From Thermodesulfobacteriota bacterium (GTDB taxonomy: Bacteria > Desulfobacterota > Binatia > Bin18): DNA of 64,000 nt. The notes below the pieces were generated by a model. That model was not told where the DNA came from, ran no database searches, and was given only the letters and a program-made list of their open reading frames with translations. A program made the translations under genes and the position numbers. The DNA is taken from assembly GCA_964291405.2 (NCBI GenBank), contig OZ219926.1, positions 4,032,001 to 4,096,000 on the forward strand, read 5' to 3'. Shown in pieces: positions 1-9,061 of this stretch (positions are counted from its first letter, which is position 1; every line of letters starts with the position of its first letter).

Positions 1-387
1 GATAATACGCTGGCCGCCATGCGTCTTGCCCTGTCCGGAGTGCTGTCCGACTATGCCCAGGCACCGATCATCATCCCCCACGTTGGCGCAACCGTGCCGT
101 ATCTGATGGGGCGGCTGGACGGCATGCTGGGGGCTTTTGGTGGGGAGGACGTAGTAAAGGAGCCGAGTCGGTTTCTAAAAAAATTGTACATGGATACGGT
201 GGCCTATGAGCCGGAACCGCTTGAGTGGTGCCTATCGATGATGGGAGCCCAGCAACTCGTGCTAGGCACGGATCATCCCTACGGCTCCTGGCAACGGCCT
301 ATTGAGTTGGTGGAGCAACTGGCCTGCTCTGATACCGAGCGTGAGCAGATATTGCACGGGAACGTTGAACGTCTGTTTGCGGCGTGA
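1..387 (+). CDS. amidohydrolase family protein (Amidohydro_2, ACMSD/decarboxylase-like), 5'-truncated by the window edge
   Basis: Frame open from base 1; motifs PHVGATVPY, LYMDTV, LGTDHPY. Confidence 0.85.
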   Translation, partial: DNTLAAMRLALSGVLSDYAQAPIIIPHVGATVPYLMGRLDGMLGAFGGEDVVKEPSRFLKKLYMDTVAYEPEPLEWCLSMMGAQQLVLGTDHPYGSWQRPIELVEQLACSDTEREQILHGNVERLFAA

Positions 388-458
388 ACGGAAGTCTCGA
401 TTGCGGTGAGGAGTTGCAACCGATATCACCGTACAGTTCCCCCAGACACAGGTGAACC

Positions 459-1250
459 ATGAATCCTAGCATCCAGTCACGCCGATTGACGCTGCACGGT
501 GTACAACTTGACGTATATGAGCACGGACAGGGCCGTCCGATTCTCGTCCTACACGGGGAAGACGGGCCGTGTCCTCAGGCTCCGTTTTTTGCTCTGTTGG
601 CGAATCAGGGCCGGGTGATTCTGCCGACTCATCCCGGCTTTGGTCATGCGCCCGATGTGGCCGATACCGACACGGTGGATGACCTGGCCTATCTCTATCT
701 CGATCTGCTCGATGAGTATGATCTCCGGGAGGTGGTGGTCATCGGCTGCTCGCTCGGTGGTTGGATAGCCGCCGAAATGGCGGTCAAGTCTACGGCTCGC
801 CTCAGCCGGCTGGTCTTGGTCGCGCCGCTCGGTATTAAGGTCGGCGACCGAGAGACGCGGGATATCCCGGATATTTTCGCCCTGCCGCCCGAAGAGGTTG
901 TGCGGCTGCAATACCACGACCCGACCCAGGGCGTGGTTGATTACACCAGTTTGTCCGACGATGAACTCCTCGTGATTGCCCGCAATCGGGAAGCGACTGC
1001 TCTGTATGCCTGGGAACCGTATTTCCATAATCCCAAATTGCGGCAGCGTTTACACCGGATCGCTATTCCGACGCTTCTCGTCTGGGGGGCGAGTGATCGT
1101 TTTGTGACTTCCGGCTATTATGGTACGGCCTATAGTGACGCTATTCCCGGCGCGCAGCTTGCTATTATTGACCAAGCCGGACACTGGCCGCACATGGAAC
1201 AGCCGGAAGTATTCGTCGAGCGAGTCCGTACGTTTCTTGCCTCAGCATAA
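459..1250 (+). CDS. alpha/beta fold hydrolase
   Basis: LHGEDG, nucleophile elbow GCSLGG, C-terminal AGHWPHME. Confidence 0.9.
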   Translation: MNPSIQSRRLTLHGVQLDVYEHGQGRPILVLHGEDGPCPQAPFFALLANQGRVILPTHPGFGHAPDVADTDTVDDLAYLYLDLLDEYDLREVVVIGCSLGGWIAAEMAVKSTARLSRLVLVAPLGIKVGDRETRDIPDIFALPPEEVVRLQYHDPTQGVVDYTSLSDDELLVIARNREATALYAWEPYFHNPKLRQRLHRIAIPTLLVWGASDRFVTSGYYGTAYSDAIPGAQLAIIDQAGHWPHMEQPEVFVERVRTFLASA

Positions 1251-1266
1251 AAAAGGAGCCGTGTTC

Positions 1267-2421
1267 ATGCGTGCCTGGCATTTCAGTGAAAACGCCTATC
1301 ATCTGCTGCCCGATGCGAAAGAGTACGACTCGATCCGCGTCACCCTGCCGAATCGCTACTATGATCCGAAAATCGGAGCCGACCTGTACCACCGGTTTAT
1401 CGATGAATGGTTGATTGCCGAGGAGTTGGGGCTCGACATCATGGTGAACGAGCACCACCAGACCGCGACCAATCTCAACCCAGGCGGTCCCATCGTCATG
1501 GGTATCCTCGCCCGTGAAACCAAAACGGCCCGTTTGCTGATTCTCGGCAACCCGATTGCCAACCGGCGCGAGCCCGTGCGGGTGGCAGAAGAGATGGCCA
1601 TGGTCGATGTCTACTCTCGCGGACGCCTGGAGGTCGGCTTTGTGCGCGGTGTGCCGTACGAGATGTCGGCCGGCAACCATCGACCCACGCGCATGATGGA
1701 GCGCTTTTGGGAAGCGCACGACTTGATTCTCAAGGCCTGGACCAGTCACGACGGGCCGTTTAACTGGGAGGGCAAATACTTTCACCATCGTCAGGTCAAT
1801 ATCTGGCCCCGACCTTATCAGGAGCCGCATCCGCCCGTCTGGATTACGGCGCTCAGTCCGGGCTCTGCGCAGGCGGTTGGTGAGCGCGGCACTGTTGTAG
1901 CCTGCTTTTTGACCGGCTTCGACGGATCGAAACAGGTGTTTGACGCCTATCGGACGCGCCGGGCCGAACTCGGCCTCCCTCCTGCCGGCCTGGATCGTTT
2001 TGCCTATGCCGCCCTGGTGTACACGGGCGAGACAGATGAGGAAGGTTATGCCGGAGCGCGCAAGCTGATGTGGTATGTGGAGGCCAATAAGGTGCCGTTC
2101 CAGTTCACCAGCCCGCCGGGCTATCATCCGCCGGCCGCGATGGCCGGGGCGATGAAAGGACCGGCCTCGGGCGTGTTCAAGATGTTCCAGAACCCGAAGC
2201 TGGAGAGCTTTATGGAGCACGGGCTGGTCTTTGCCGGCAACCCGGACTCCGTGTACCGTCAAATCATCAAGTTTTACGAACACGTCGGCGGCTTTGGGCA
2301 AATCCTCCTGATGGGACAGGCCGGCTTCCTCGACCATCAAGAGACGGTCAAGGGCATGCAGCTCTTTGCCCGAGAAGTGTACCCACGCCTGAAAGAGCTC
2401 AACCCTGCGGTCGCGGCCTGA
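1267..2421 (+). CDS. LLM class flavin-dependent oxidoreductase
   Basis: AAGGAG before ATG 1267; NEHH, SRGRLEVGFVRG, WPRPYQEPHPPVW. Confidence 0.9.
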   Translation: MRAWHFSENAYHLLPDAKEYDSIRVTLPNRYYDPKIGADLYHRFIDEWLIAEELGLDIMVNEHHQTATNLNPGGPIVMGILARETKTARLLILGNPIANRREPVRVAEEMAMVDVYSRGRLEVGFVRGVPYEMSAGNHRPTRMMERFWEAHDLILKAWTSHDGPFNWEGKYFHHRQVNIWPRPYQEPHPPVWITALSPGSAQAVGERGTVVACFLTGFDGSKQVFDAYRTRRAELGLPPAGLDRFAYAALVYTGETDEEGYAGARKLMWYVEANKVPFQFTSPPGYHPPAAMAGAMKGPASGVFKMFQNPKLESFMEHGLVFAGNPDSVYRQIIKFYEHVGGFGQILLMGQAGFLDHQETVKGMQLFAREVYPRLKELNPAVAA

Positions 2422-2475
2422 CACGGAATTATGTTTCCAAAAATTTATTCCCGGCACTGCTGAAGGAGGTTGAAT

Positions 2476-2892
2476 ATGAAGATTCCGTTTTCCGGTGGCT
2501 GTGCGTGTGGTGCGATCCGCTATACCTGTACTGCTGAACCGCTCTATATGGGGAATTGCCATTGTCGGGACTGCCAACGCGCAACCGGTAGTGCCTATTT
2601 TGCGGCAGTCATTGTCAAAAAATCGGATTTTTCCCTTACGGGCGAGCTGACTTGGTTTGAAAAGCCGGCCGACCGCGGCCACACGATGGGCCGCTCGTTC
2701 TGCCCCTCCTGTGGCTCTCCTGTCCTGTTAACCAACGGGGCTGCGCCGGACTTCAGGGTTCTGTACGCGGGCAGCCTGGACGACCCGAGTTGGTATCAGC
2801 CCCAGCGGGATATTTACGTAGCCAGTGCCCAGCCGTGGGATGTGATGCACCCGGATGTACCAAAAGTGGACGGTATGCCAGAGTCGTTTTGA
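2476..2892 (+). CDS. GFA / CENP-V family zinc-binding protein
   Basis: GGCACG, CHCRDCQR, FCPSCGS; GGAGG before ATG 2476. Confidence 0.9.
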   Translation: MKIPFSGGCACGAIRYTCTAEPLYMGNCHCRDCQRATGSAYFAAVIVKKSDFSLTGELTWFEKPADRGHTMGRSFCPSCGSPVLLTNGAAPDFRVLYAGSLDDPSWYQPQRDIYVASAQPWDVMHPDVPKVDGMPESF

Positions 2893-2939
2893 TTGGCAGG
2901 GGTGAGTTGACCTCGCCTCTGCTACAGCCTGGCAAATAC

Positions 2940-3628
2940 ATGCCGGAATTCAGCGACAGACAGATTGTTACTTCGTGGCATACGAACGCTCGCCCTTGGG
3001 TGAAAGCCGTCCAGAACCAAGAGATTGAAAGTCGGACGCTGGTCACCGACCAGGCCATAGTCCAAGCCGTTACGAGCCTGACGCCACGGCGCGTGCTCGA
3101 CGTTGGCTGCGGAGAAGGCTGGCTGGTGCGTGCGCTTGTGGAGCGTGGAATAGAGGTTGTTGGTATTGACGTCGTGCCCGAACTGATAGCGGAAGCGCAG
3201 CGACTCGGGGGGGACGGTTTCAGGTCTGTTCCTATGAGGATGTTGCCGCCAGTCGGTTTGGGGCAGAGCGGTTCGACACGATCATCTGTAATTTTTCCTT
3301 GATTGGAAAAGAGGCGGTAGAGCATTTGCTTCACGCCCTGCCGCGCTATGTACAGCCCCAGGGCCATGTGCTCATCCAGACCCTTCACCCTGTCATGGCG
3401 TGCGGCGACCGACCCTATTGTGACGGCTGGCGGCCCGGCTCGTGGGACGGATTCGGGCCAGAGTTTACCGACCCGGCTCCCTGGTATTTTCGTACTGTGG
3501 AGTCCTGGATTCGACTCCTCCACGACAGCGGTTTCGATATCCTGGAATGCCGCGAGCCGGCCCATCCGAGGACGGGCAAGCCTGCTTCAATGATTTTCGT
3601 GAGCAAGGTGGCTGAACGGAGCGTCTAA
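2940..3628 (+). pseudogene. class I SAM-dependent methyltransferase split by a frameshift in a G7 run (3207-3213)
   Basis: VLDVGCGEG in the first frame; adding one G gives LGGGRFQVCSYEDV...FDTIICNFSLIGKE, continuous with ORF 3299..3628. Confidence 0.8.
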
Positions 3629-3633
3629 GACGC

Positions 3634-4608
3634 TTACAGGTCACGTACGCTCGGCAGTACCTCTTCCGCAAAACGCTGCATCGCCACCTTCACATGCTCG
3701 TGGAGAACGGTCCCGCCGGGATTGAAGGAACAGATTAGGGAATCCAGCTTGGCCCGCCGCTGTACCTCTGCAATCCGGTCTATGCACTCCTGCGGGTTGC
3801 CAAAGATGGCCATCTTCTCTTCCGCGGTCTCATACGTGGTGCGCTGGCCTATCGGATGACGAGCAAAGCTGTCGGCCATCTGATTGCGCACCGTGGCACG
3901 ATCTTGAGCTGTAAAGACAAAGAAGACGGCTGAAACCTGTATGTTTGTCGCTGCCTGTTTGGCCGCCGAATTACGGTACAGACCGAGATGGGTCAGAAAA
4001 TCATCCGGCCAGGGGTGAATGGGGGCGGCCATTAACAGGCGTAAGCCGCGCCGTCCGGCAAACTCGGCCGTACTTGGACTATTGGCAGCAATATGCAGCG
4101 GCGGGCCGGGCTGCTGAAGCGGCTTGGGCACGACGTTGACGGACTCGAACTGATAGTGCCGGCCATGGTAGGTGAGTGGGGCATCGGTCCAGGCTTGTTC
4201 CAGAATATCAACCGCCTCTTCCAGTCGGGTGGTGCGTTCCTCCCACGGAATACCAAAGCCGTCGAAATTGTGATTCCACGTCCCCCGCCCGATACCGAAG
4301 TCCAGCCTGCCGCTGGTGACAATATCCACCGTCGCGGCTTCTTCGGCCACGCTGACCGGATTATGGAGTGGGAGTTGGCTGACCCCAATGCCGAGGCGGA
4401 TACGCTCGGTGCGCCCCGAGAGGGCCGCTGCAACAACCAGAGGAGCTGGCATGGTGGAAAAGCCGGCGTCAAAATGGGCCTCGGCCAGCCACGCGGAATC
4501 AAAACCCAACTGGTCCGCGTAGACAATTTGCTCGAACGTATCCCGATAGCGTTGCGGAACGGACTGCCCTGGAGCGCAGGGTAACTGATAAAAGACGCCG
4601 AATTGCAT
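3634..4608 (-). CDS. LLM class flavin-dependent oxidoreductase
   Basis: MQFGVF start after GAAGGA; WLAEAHF, GRLDFGIGRG, PKPLQQPGPP. Confidence 0.9.
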   Translation of the reverse strand: MQFGVFYQLPCAPGQSVPQRYRDTFEQIVYADQLGFDSAWLAEAHFDAGFSTMPAPLVVAAALSGRTERIRLGIGVSQLPLHNPVSVAEEAATVDIVTSGRLDFGIGRGTWNHNFDGFGIPWEERTTRLEEAVDILEQAWTDAPLTYHGRHYQFESVNVVPKPLQQPGPPLHIAANSPSTAEFAGRRGLRLLMAAPIHPWPDDFLTHLGLYRNSAAKQAATNIQVSAVFFVFTAQDRATVRNQMADSFARHPIGQRTTYETAEEKMAIFGNPQECIDRIAEVQRRAKLDSLICSFNPGGTVLHEHVKVAMQRFAEEVLPSVRDL

Positions 4609-4673
4609 GGACTTGTGTCCTTCCTTCGTGCTGGTCTGTGTCGGGCTGACTGCGTATGGATTGCCCATCGAAC

Positions 4674-5615
4674 CTACAACAGCAGTACCGCCTTGCCGGC
4701 AATTTCTCGATTGAGAAATCGTTGGGCTACGTCAGCAATAGTAGCCCAGGGCGCTTCTACCTCAATCTGTGGTTTGAGAATGCCGTCGGCGACAAGTTGG
4801 GCCAGTCGAGACAAGCCTGCTGAGGCTGGATGAGATTTCACCTCGTGAAACAGAATAAAGCCGTACAGCTTGGCTGCACCAATGCGAAAAAAGTCGCGCG
4901 CGTTCAAGGTCACCTCTGCTCCCGCGGACACCCCACAGGTCACACACATACCATCTGGACCGAGCATGGATAAGGCTTTCGTCAGTGTTTCACTACCAAC
5001 CGATTCAACGATCATATGATAGGGGCCAAACGCGGCTGCGCCTGCGATATCTTCTCCAACCACAACCTCATGTGCACCTGCGGCACGCGCGTGTTGCGCG
5101 CGCTCTGGACGGCGGACTGAAGCAACAACGCGTGCGCCCATGTGTCGAGCCAGTGTACAGCCCAGATGGCCCACACCGCCAGAGGCGCCAGTAATCAATA
5201 CGGAATGGCCGATGAGTGAACCGTTACGCTCAAGCGAATACAGGGCGGTGAGGCCTGCAACCGGTAACGTGGAAGCCTGAGCAAAAGAAACCACATCCGG
5301 TACAATTGCTAAGGCATGAGTCGGCACAGCAACCTGCTCCGCCCATGCGCCGGATGGGACGAAGCCGACTACGCGGGCTCCAACCGGAGGGCCGGAGCCG
5401 TCAGCCGCAACCTGCTCAACGACCCCAGCTAAATCCCAGCCCGGTCGCCATCCGGCCTCAGCGTTCATGGAAAACCGAACCTCGCCAAGATTCAGAGAAA
5501 CAGCCTTGACTCGGATGACGGCTTCGGACGAAAGCGGAGAAGGGGGATCGACGTTCTGGATAGTCAGGCGTTTTTCCGTGTCGGGATCAACCACGACCGC
5601 GCGAGTAGATTCCAT
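4674..5615 (-). CDS. zinc-binding dehydrogenase / quinone oxidoreductase (MDR family)
   Basis: PGWDLAG, LPVAGLTA, ITGASGGVG, GKAVL. Confidence 0.9.
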   Translation of the reverse strand: MESTRAVVVDPDTEKRLTIQNVDPPSPLSSEAVIRVKAVSLNLGEVRFSMNAEAGWRPGWDLAGVVEQVAADGSGPPVGARVVGFVPSGAWAEQVAVPTHALAIVPDVVSFAQASTLPVAGLTALYSLERNGSLIGHSVLITGASGGVGHLGCTLARHMGARVVASVRRPERAQHARAAGAHEVVVGEDIAGAAAFGPYHMIVESVGSETLTKALSMLGPDGMCVTCGVSAGAEVTLNARDFFRIGAAKLYGFILFHEVKSHPASAGLSRLAQLVADGILKPQIEVEAPWATIADVAQRFLNREIAGKAVLLL

Positions 5616-5629
5616 GCCGGCTCCTTGGG

Positions 5630-6097
5630 CTATGTGTGTGTGACCCTCTCTACCGGCGTCTGTCGCTCCACAAGAGACAGATGCTCGCACGCCAGCACGA
5701 CGTGGCCGTCCTGGTTAATGACTTCGAGCAGGTCAACCAGCACCCCATGAGTTGTCCGCCTGGGATAAGCGCGCTTGTCCTTGACCGTGAGACGGACATG
5801 GATCGTATCGCCAATAAAAACCGGGCGGATAAAACGGACGCGGTCGTAGCCATAGGAAAACGAGACCGGATTGATCTCTGTGGCCGTCATTCCGGCTCCA
5901 ATGCTGAGAATCAACGTGCCGTGGGCAATGCGTTGGCCAAACTCATTGGTCTTGGACCACTCGGCGTCCACATGATGCGGGAAAAAGTCCCCGGTTTGTC
6001 CGGCATGGGTGACAATGTCGCTCTCGGTAATCGTCCGGCCTAAGGTCTCGCGAGACGCACCAACCTCGTACTCTTCGAAATAAGTGGTTTTGACCAT
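5630..6097 (-). CDS. MaoC/PaaZ-like dehydratase
   Basis: [31 protein letters not shown]. Confidence 0.9.
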   Translation of the reverse strand: MVKTTYFEEYEVGASRETLGRTITESDIVTHAGQTGDFFPHHVDAEWSKTNEFGQRIAHGTLILSIGAGMTATEINPVSFSYGYDRVRFIRPVFIGDTIHVRLTVKDKRAYPRRTTHGVLVDLLEVINQDGHVVLACEHLSLVERQTPVERVTHT

Positions 6098-6219
6098 GCG
6101 GTGTCCTGCTCCCCACAGGCGATCGCTCGTTGAAATTCGTCCCCTATCAAGTCTGTCAGGAAGAGGCAATGCAACGGCCCGGCTAGATGGTTGCGAGTCA
6201 CCCGTCCAGCGGCCCCTGA

Positions 6220-6245
6220 TGCAAACCCTGGATTGCACGTATAAT
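6220..6245 (+). promoter_or_regulatory. putative operator TGCAA-N8-TTGCA next to a TATAAT -10 box upstream of the RND operon
   Basis: Inverted repeat 6220-6237; TATAAT 6240-6245. Confidence 0.3.
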
Positions 6246-6286
6246 AAAACGATAAAATAGCAGCAGAAGGTAAGCCCGTTCTACTC

Positions 6287-7795
6287 ATGGTACGACAACA
6301 GCACGTTTTCCAACGAACGCATTTCCGACGGATAGTGTCGTTTTCTCTCCTGCTTTTACTCGTAATCGTGGGCTGTAGCCCGTACTCGGTGCGTTCTCTT
6401 GAGCAGCCGACGGTTTCCATACCGCAGGCGTATCATCATGGGACGACAGGCGAGCGGGTCCTGGGGCAGTGGTGGCGGGAGTTTGAAGACTCTCGACTGA
6501 ACGCGGCGATGGAGAGTGTCTTTACCGAGAACTTCGAGCTGAGACAGACATGGTCCCGGCTCGTGCAAGCCCAGGCCCTGGCGCGCATTGAGGGGGCTGA
6601 GCAGGTGCCCCAGGTCGATTTCCGCACGGGTGCTTCCCGCCTCCATACCGTCGACCGGGAAGCGATAGACCTACACGGGAACCGCCTCAGGCGCACGGCG
6701 AATCCGGACCGTTATTTTGTGGCCACGGGTCTTACGTATGAAATTGATATCTGGAAGCGGATTGCGGCCCGGCGGACTGCCGCCCGGCTTGAATCTGTCG
6801 CTTCGCGTCAGGACGTGGAGGCCACGGCCCTGCTACTCACGGGCGCGGTGGTGAATGTCTGGCTCACCTGTCAGGAGCAATACGCCCTTTTGGATGTGCT
6901 GCGGGAACAGATTCAGGTGAGCCAAACCCTGCTCAACCTGACCGAACTCCGCTTTAGCGTTGGGACGGGCTCTGCCGTGAATGTGTTACAGCAACGGCAG
7001 CAGCTTGCCGACACTCAAGCTCAGGTGCCGGTTGTCCAATCGTTTCTGGAGACGGCCATGAATCAGCTTGCGGTCTTGCTCGGCCGCGTGCCGGGCTCGC
7101 TTGATGAGTTGGCACCTGGTAGATCGCTGCCCGAGCTGCCGCCGTTTCCGCAACTGGTTTCTCCTGCCATGCTGCTCGTATCCCGTCCGGATTTGCAGGC
7201 CGCCCAACTCCGACTCCAATCCGCGGACTATCGAGTTGCGGCGGCAGTGGCTGAACGCTTGCCCCGCCTGGTATTGCAGTTGTCCTACGAGTTCAGCGCA
7301 CGGAGTTGGGACACGTTCTTTCGTCAAGAAATCGGTTCGCTGATCGGTGATATGCTCACGCCGCTGGTTGATGGCGGCCGCCGCCGGAACGAGGTGGTCC
7401 GGCAAAAGGCACGAGTTCAGGAATTGCTCGATCGTTTTGGACAGACGTACCTGACTGCCCTGCGCGAGATTGAAGACGCCTTGGTCCAAGAACGTCAGCA
7501 ACGAGAACTCATACGCAATCTTGAGCGGCAAATAACTCTTGCGCAGTCGACGCTGGATGTCTCCCGCTCTCGCTATACCCACGGTCTTATTGATTACCTC
7601 AACGTGCTCGTGGCGGTACAATCGCTCCAGGCTCTCCAGCGTCGGGTGATTAGCGAGCGGAAAACCCTGCTGAGCCGGCGGGCCGAACTCTACCGCGCCT
7701 TAGGCGGTAAGTGGACGGAGGCATTAGAAACCCCGAACGCCATCCGCCTAGCCGCCTCGCCTGACCCGGCCGCTCTCCCAGGAGGACGGTTGTGA
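6287..7795 (+). CDS. efflux outer membrane factor (TolC/NodT family lipoprotein)
   Basis: Lipobox IVGC, WWREFED, YEIDIW, RPDLQAA, LYRALGGKW. Confidence 0.92.
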   Translation: MVRQQHVFQRTHFRRIVSFSLLLLLVIVGCSPYSVRSLEQPTVSIPQAYHHGTTGERVLGQWWREFEDSRLNAAMESVFTENFELRQTWSRLVQAQALARIEGAEQVPQVDFRTGASRLHTVDREAIDLHGNRLRRTANPDRYFVATGLTYEIDIWKRIAARRTAARLESVASRQDVEATALLLTGAVVNVWLTCQEQYALLDVLREQIQVSQTLLNLTELRFSVGTGSAVNVLQQRQQLADTQAQVPVVQSFLETAMNQLAVLLGRVPGSLDELAPGRSLPELPPFPQLVSPAMLLVSRPDLQAAQLRLQSADYRVAAAVAERLPRLVLQLSYEFSARSWDTFFRQEIGSLIGDMLTPLVDGGRRRNEVVRQKARVQELLDRFGQTYLTALREIEDALVQERQQRELIRNLERQITLAQSTLDVSRSRYTHGLIDYLNVLVAVQSLQALQRRVISERKTLLSRRAELYRALGGKWTEALETPNAIRLAASPDPAALPGGRL

Positions 7796-9054
7796 CGCGG
7801 GCCGCAGGGGGAAAATCGTGGCCGACGCGGCTGTTCCGGCTTGGACTACCGCTGCTCATTCTTATTGTCGGCATGCTGGGCGCCCGTGCGCTGATCGCAA
7901 GCCGGCCTCCGGTTCCCAGGGTCGATCGGGAAGCTGTACCCACCCTAGTTGAGGTGATTACCGTTCACGCCCAAGATGAGCAAGCCGCATTGCAGGCGTA
8001 TGGTACCGTTCGAGCCCATCGTGAACTGACCCTCTTCCCCCGGGTCGAGGGCTATGTCATTGCTCAGCATAACGATCTGATCGATGGGGGTCTGGTCCGA
8101 GCGGGCGAGGTGCTGCTCAAGATTGACCCGCAGGATTATCGCCTGGCGGTCGATACCGAGCGGGGCAATCTGGCGCGAGCGGAATTCGAGCTGCAAGTCG
8201 AACAGGGGAATCAGGTCGTTGCCCATCAGGAATGGGACCTGCTGGAGCCGTCTATCGAGACCAGTGAGATGGGACGACTCTTGGCGCTGCGCCAGCCCCA
8301 TCTCAAAGAGAAGCGGGCTTCGGTGAATGCGGCCAAGAGTCGTCTGGCCCAGGCCGAGCTGGACCTGACCCGAACGGTGGTCTCGGCGCCGTGCAACGCG
8401 CTGGTGTTCAAGGAGACGGTTGAAATCGGGCAATTAGTCAACGCGCGGAGTGCGGTTGCGACCCTGGTATGCACTGATGCGTTTCGGGTCGAAGTAAGCG
8501 TACCGCTGAATGAATTGGGCTGGGTGGAATTCCCGGACGCTGTTCAATCGCCGCCATCTGAGGGCTCCCCGGATATCGCGACAAAAGGCTCCGCTGTCCG
8601 CATTATGCGCGATCTCGGGAGTGGAGAGTCTGTCCAGTGGACGGGATGGGTTGAGCGTCTGCTTGGCGACGTGACCGAAAACGGTCGCATGGCCCGGGTA
8701 CTGGTCCTCGTCCCTGACCCACTCGGTCTGAAGCCCGGTGAAGGCCGCCGTTCGTCTCTCCTGCTCGGAGAATATGTCCGGGTTGAGATTCTCGGTCCAA
8801 CCCTGCCCCAGGCGATTGTCCTGCCGCGCAGCAGCCTGCGCGAGGAAGAACGGGTATGGGTGTATAACGCGCAGGGAGAATTGGAAATTCGGCAAGTAGA
8901 GATTGCGCTACGGCGACGGGACTCGGTGCTGATTCAAGCTGGCCTGGAGGACGGCGACCGGGTCGTGACCAGCTCCCTGCCGGCCGCGCTGCCGGGGATG
9001 CGATTGCAGGCCGTGGAGGCTGAGCAGGCCTCGCCACGCGCGGACGAGGAATAA
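7792..9054 (+). CDS. RND efflux periplasmic adaptor (MFP)
   Basis: N-terminal TM anchor, lipoyl-like halves flanking a coiled coil, GLEDGDRVV; overlaps the OMF stop codon. Confidence 0.9.
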   Translation: MTRAAGGKSWPTRLFRLGLPLLILIVGMLGARALIASRPPVPRVDREAVPTLVEVITVHAQDEQAALQAYGTVRAHRELTLFPRVEGYVIAQHNDLIDGGLVRAGEVLLKIDPQDYRLAVDTERGNLARAEFELQVEQGNQVVAHQEWDLLEPSIETSEMGRLLALRQPHLKEKRASVNAAKSRLAQAELDLTRTVVSAPCNALVFKETVEIGQLVNARSAVATLVCTDAFRVEVSVPLNELGWVEFPDAVQSPPSEGSPDIATKGSAVRIMRDLGSGESVQWTGWVERLLGDVTENGRMARVLVLVPDPLGLKPGEGRRSSLLLGEYVRVEILGPTLPQAIVLPRSSLREEERVWVYNAQGELEIRQVEIALRRRDSVLIQAGLEDGDRVVTSSLPAALPGMRLQAVEAEQASPRADEE

Positions 9055-9061
9055 GCTTGCC

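Noticed and set aside
1165-2682. 505-aa minus-strand ORF
   Set aside because: Antisense shadow of the LLM and GFA genes in GC-rich DNA; no recognisable motifs.
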